Positions 50,801 through 54,964 of a stretch of DNA of 54,964 nt are shown here, piece after piece. The stretch is taken from NCBI GenBank assembly GCA_018398765.1, contig JAHBMJ010000175.1, forward strand, positions 1-54,964. Reading direction: 5' to 3'. The stretch's first letter is position 1. Every line of letters starts with the position of its first letter. Source of the DNA: Chromera velia. Taxonomy: Eukaryota. The notes under the pieces are model-generated. The model saw only the letters and a program-made list of their open reading frames with translations. It searched no databases and was not told where the DNA came from. The position numbers were made by a program, and so were the translations under genes.

Positions 50801-53800
50801 CGCGTGTGTCGGACTCTGGGTTCAAATTCAAACCATTCGAGACAGAGTACAGAGACTTCAGCAGGGAACACCCACCACCCGTGAGGAGCCTGACGGCCCT
50901 GGGCTTCCACGTCGCTCCCTCCAGAAAGGGACAGATCGCAGGACTGCCTCAGGGCGCTGCAGCACGCAACGGTGGCGCCGCAGGAGGAGGGGGCGTTGCA
51001 GGAGATCTGGGTGGAGAGAGGGAGAGGCCTCTTGGAGATCCACAGGGAACTCTGGGAGTCCTCAGGGGTGTCACGGTCCTCAACGCCACAGCGCAGTTGC
51101 AGGTGGGTAAAGAAAATGCGAAGAATGTCGAAACTTTTTTTTCTTACTCGTGTGCTGCTCACTTTGTTTCTTTTCGTGAGAATCTCTCTGTGCATCGTAT
51201 CATCGTGAGTCTGAGACGACTGACGCCTCCGTCAGTATCCGTCACCCATTTCTCCTCCTCTGGCCACTCGATTGATTTCTTTGTGCCCTCTTGCCGTCCC
51301 CCTCTTTTCAGGTTGGCATAAGGTGGGCATGAGGTTTTTGTACCTTCTTAGTCCTCCCTCTTCCCACCCCCATTGTACTTTCAAACGATAGCACGCACTT
51401 TTTTCTCGCGCACGTCGTTTCTGATGTACACTTGTCTCACCTTCTTTTCATCGTTCTTTCTTTCTTTCTTTCTTTCTTTTTTTTTTTTTTTCTTTCTGTC
51501 AAGCAGGTCCCGATGGCGGAGTTTCCTGAACAGATGCAGAGCCAATTGAAATCACAGCACCAGCAGAAGGAGAGCGTGCAGCCAGAGGAGGAAAGCGCCC
51601 CCGGAGGTATGGGACCGGAAACAGGAGAGAGGGCCGGGGGGGCGCGTCCCGCAGCCGCTGCATCATCTTCATCGTCCTCCGCTTCATCCGCTTCCCCTGC
51701 TGTTGAGGGGTCTTCTGGTGTTGGGGGAGGGGGAGAGAACTCTTGCGCCTTGAGGATGCATACGGTCGCTGAGTGTCGAAGCAAATACGACGACATGTCT
51801 TTGGGACTTTCGAGAAGAACATCCGAATTTTATTTCTACGTCTCAACGATGCCGTCCCAGGAGATCTTGAAGGTCAGACAAAGGGAATATGCAACCACGC
51901 GAACACGTGAATGTACGTGCACATACACATACGCACAGCAAACGAGAGAGAACACAGAGGGACGGGGACAGGCAGACAGAGAGGTAGAAAGGCGCTCAAG
52001 AGCCCGTGCCGGGCTCAATTTCGTTTTTCCTTTTTTTGTCGGTTCTTCTGGTAGTGTCAGCGCTCTGCCTTAAACATTAGTGCTCTTATGGGGGGCCAGA
52101 ATCCTCGCAATCAACGAGCAGAGGGCCAGCTGGATACATTAGTTTGATGATCAGGCGGGTTGACGGACGGATTGCCCCCGCAGATTTATTTCTATATGCA
52201 GTTACAGCAGCAGCAGGAGGTAGAAGAAGGTGGAGGGGCAAGACGGCAGACTGCCCGGACAGCTGTGCTTTCATCGTTTGTTGCTTTGTTGCCTGCGCCT
52301 TTCTGCCCACTCTGTCTCTTCATCAGATTGATGAATGTGCGCCCTTATGCTGCAGGGTCCTGCCCAGGAAGGGTTCTCAATTTGTTTGTCTGAAGATTCT
52401 ATTTTAAATCTTTCTTCGATCTGTCTGTGAATTCATTTGAGCGCTGCAGAATTGCCCCGACAAGGGGGCAGACGCGTTCAAAATGAAGTTTGATATCTGG
52501 CTCTACCCGCTCAGGTCACCAGCTTTCTTTCCCTGCTTGTTTGTTCCTATGCCCTCTGGCTGTGTGCTGCTTGCTTCTTCTCAAGTAATGAATGCTGTGC
52601 GTCTTCGATTCTTGTGCCCTTGCAGGGGTTCGAACATGCGCTCTTCCCTTGCTGCGTTGTCCATACATTTCTCTGTGCGTCTGTTTGTAGCAGCTTTGTT
52701 CACTGGGAGAAAATAAATGTATGCCTTTAAAACCATTCGTGAAGGCATTCGGAAAATGAATCGCACAAACGATGCTCCGCTGGTTATCATTACTTGCGCT
52801 TTTTTTCGTCCGTCTGGATTTCCGTCATTTGATCATCCGACCCTTTCTCTCTTTTGTCCTCCCCACCTCTCCGCCACTCAAGTGTTCGTAGGCCTGGTCT
52901 CCTCCCTGTCTTTTTTGCTCCTTTTTTTCTCCCTGTTCACGCGTCAGTCAGTTTCTCTCTCTCTCTCTCTCTCCGTTTGTCTTCTTCCTTCCTTCCCCTC
53001 CTGAATTCCCTTCATTGCAGATCCCTGTCGTTGCTCATGCTGCGTGATGTGACTGGAGCCTCCGAGATCGGCCTGCACATTATGCAGGTTGGAGGGTGCA
53101 AGGAGTATCTAGTGTCTGGGGGCAGGTGGAAGGAAGTCTTTGATTGACTGAATGCGTGCATGCATGAAGAAAAGTAGCGGGTAGCGACCAGGCAGCGATT
53201 GACTTTTTAATTGAGTCGGTCTTTTATGCTTCTCGCTCTTCCCTACCCTGTCTCTGTAAATGTCCCTCCCCGGCTGCCTGCCTGCCTGGCTGGCTGCCTG
53301 GCTGCCTGCCTCTTCTTTCCTTCAGCATGCACGGCCTCCTTCTTCGTTTGGCCCTCGGATGCCATCCCTCCTTGTTTTTGTCCTCACAGAAATGATTCTT
53401 TCCTTCCCCCCACTTCTTTCCGTTGTCCTTGCAGTCGTTTTCGCAAAGTCTCTCTCACGGCCAGCTCGCAGTCCACGCACACGGTTTGCTGGACTTCTGG
53501 AAGAGAAGAATCTGTCCCAGTCCGGGAGCCTACACCCTTCCTCTTCTCTCGCAGTGGTGAGTCTGGATAGGCTCCATGGGTACCATTTGTGGGTCTCCTC
53601 GTTCGAAGGGCTTTGCCGTCTCTGTTCTCAAAGCGTTTGGGTGTTTGGGGAGGGTAAGGGTGCTTTTTCTGTATTTCTCTCCGCTGGTGTGTGTTTTCTG
53701 CCTCTCTCACTGCATTCTCCGACGGTTTTTGCGTTTTCGTTCTGTTGTCATTCACATCTACCATCGGGGTAGCGTGACTCTCGTTGATTGTTCCGATAAG

Positions 53801-54880
53801 AGGAAGAGTGGATCTGTGACTGCCTCTCCATCCGTCTGCGCATTTTTTGCCTCTCTATTTCGTGTCAGCAAAGTCGGGAAGGATCATGGTGGAAGCCATT
53901 CTGTGGGTTGTTTTCGGTTTCTGAGAATTCGTGGACCGTGTATGCGCGCGTCAGTCTGTTGTTCTGTCTATTTGTCTAGCTGTAAATTGACGATATACGG
54001 AAATGAAACCGGCATGCAGGTTCTCAATGTCCCTCGAGGCAGTGTCCTCCTGGCACGGGGGCAGATTGGTGGAAGCTCTGACTTCAGAGAGGTCCGAGGG
54101 GGGAAAGCCCGTGCTGTTCCTGAAGAACGCTGCAGAGACCATCAGATTTGTCAGAGACGCAAAGAAATGGTGAGGGACGTGAGACGGTCTTCTTTCTCGC
54201 TTGGTACATTGCGTTTGTGTGTTGGTTGTGTTTGACTTGGGTGTGCTTCTTTGGAACTTGCCGCCGTTGCGGCTTGAATGCTTCGTCGAAAAAACAGATG
54301 CTTCACTGGGCAGGCAAAGATAGGAAACGTCGATGTCCATCGCGATCTTGGGTTAAGTTGGTACTGGATTTCCATCGCGTCTTTTCACTTCTCCTTCGTG
54401 GAGCACAAAGGGGGAAAGTAAATTACATGCAAAGCTGCCTGAATTCCTGCGACTTCACATACTGACTGAAGAAAGAGAAGAATTTCGTCACATCGCCAGG
54501 TGAACACTGGCCACCTTCCCGTGCTCGTCATGCTCTTCTGTGCCCTCCTTGATGCGATCATTTTGCAGTCATGCTGCTGTCATTCTTATGTCACCCACGG
54601 CTTCCTGGAAAAGTCCGTCATCAGACCACAAGTGCAATCAATGCATATGTAATTATTCCGTGCAAGCAGGCTCCCTGCCGACCAGTACGAGGGCCTCTGC
54701 TCTTTCTTCTTCGACGCTCTGGACCCCCCCCCCGACTCTCCCCATGGCAGTGCTGCGTCTGCCTCCGTGGGGGCACAGGAGCACAGGGCCCTGGTGGAGG
54801 GGCTGAAGAGGTTCGTGGTGGAGGAGCCGCCTCCAAAGAAGGCCCGGCTGGAAGGGGGGGGGGACATGGGGGATATGTAA
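47896..54880 (+). CDS. Multi-exon protein with N-terminal BTB/POZ-like domain and C-terminal NLS-like motif
   Basis: The spliced N-terminus MTTYSIKHKQDPDLNLTVGEAVLQRYGYFSSS|ILKGAFGG...VDRDVMEILF...NFCR|IVKAIDYLSF fits the BTB pattern. Later exons join in frame (e.g. ~49448-49675, 50082-50267, 53435-53556, 54020-54169). The last exon ends ...EPPPKKARLEGGGDMGDM* (TAA 54878-54880). The start and middle exons are uncertain. Confidence 0.6.
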
Positions 54881-54964
54881 AGAAAGGAAGCTTTGGTGAC
54901 GAAGTAAGGGAGTGGATGATTGGGGTAGGAAAAGAGAAAGGCGGGGGGGGGGGGGGGGGGGGGG

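Noticed and set aside
1..54964. rRNA, tRNA or other structured ncRNA genes
   Set aside because: None were recognised by eye; a covariance-model search would be needed to exclude small ones.

Overview
Intron-rich eukaryotic nuclear DNA, most consistent with a photosynthetic alveolate (chromerid-like). That assignment is inferred from a bipartite plastid-targeting leader, abundant TGCATGCA motifs and microsatellite-filled introns. The left arm (0.5-16.6 kb) has a 7-exon vWA-domain gene ending in a CaaX box and a head-to-head pair of paralogous signal-peptide Ser/Thr kinases. The centre (~16.7-40.7 kb) is a TE-rich island. It holds a full-length decayed Ty1/copia element (466-bp LTRs, CTTGA TSD) nested in a solo LTR (GTATT TSD) and an intronless gene for four tandem PD-(D/E)XK-like domains with one in-frame TGA. 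It also holds a non-autonomous element with A1-B1-A2-B2 split direct repeats (tyrosine-recombinase retroelement layout), a hAT-like MITE, and a dynamin-like pseudogene with a foldback insert. The right arm has a plastid-targeted DUF1995/LPA3-like gene divergent from a BTB-like gene. The most striking signals are the single-chain four-domain nuclease, transition-only decay of the repeats (27/27 LTR-LTR differences by my manual alignment), and two related palindromic mini-inserts that each duplicate an exon end plus its splice donor. All gene models were spliced by eye, and no database searches were run.
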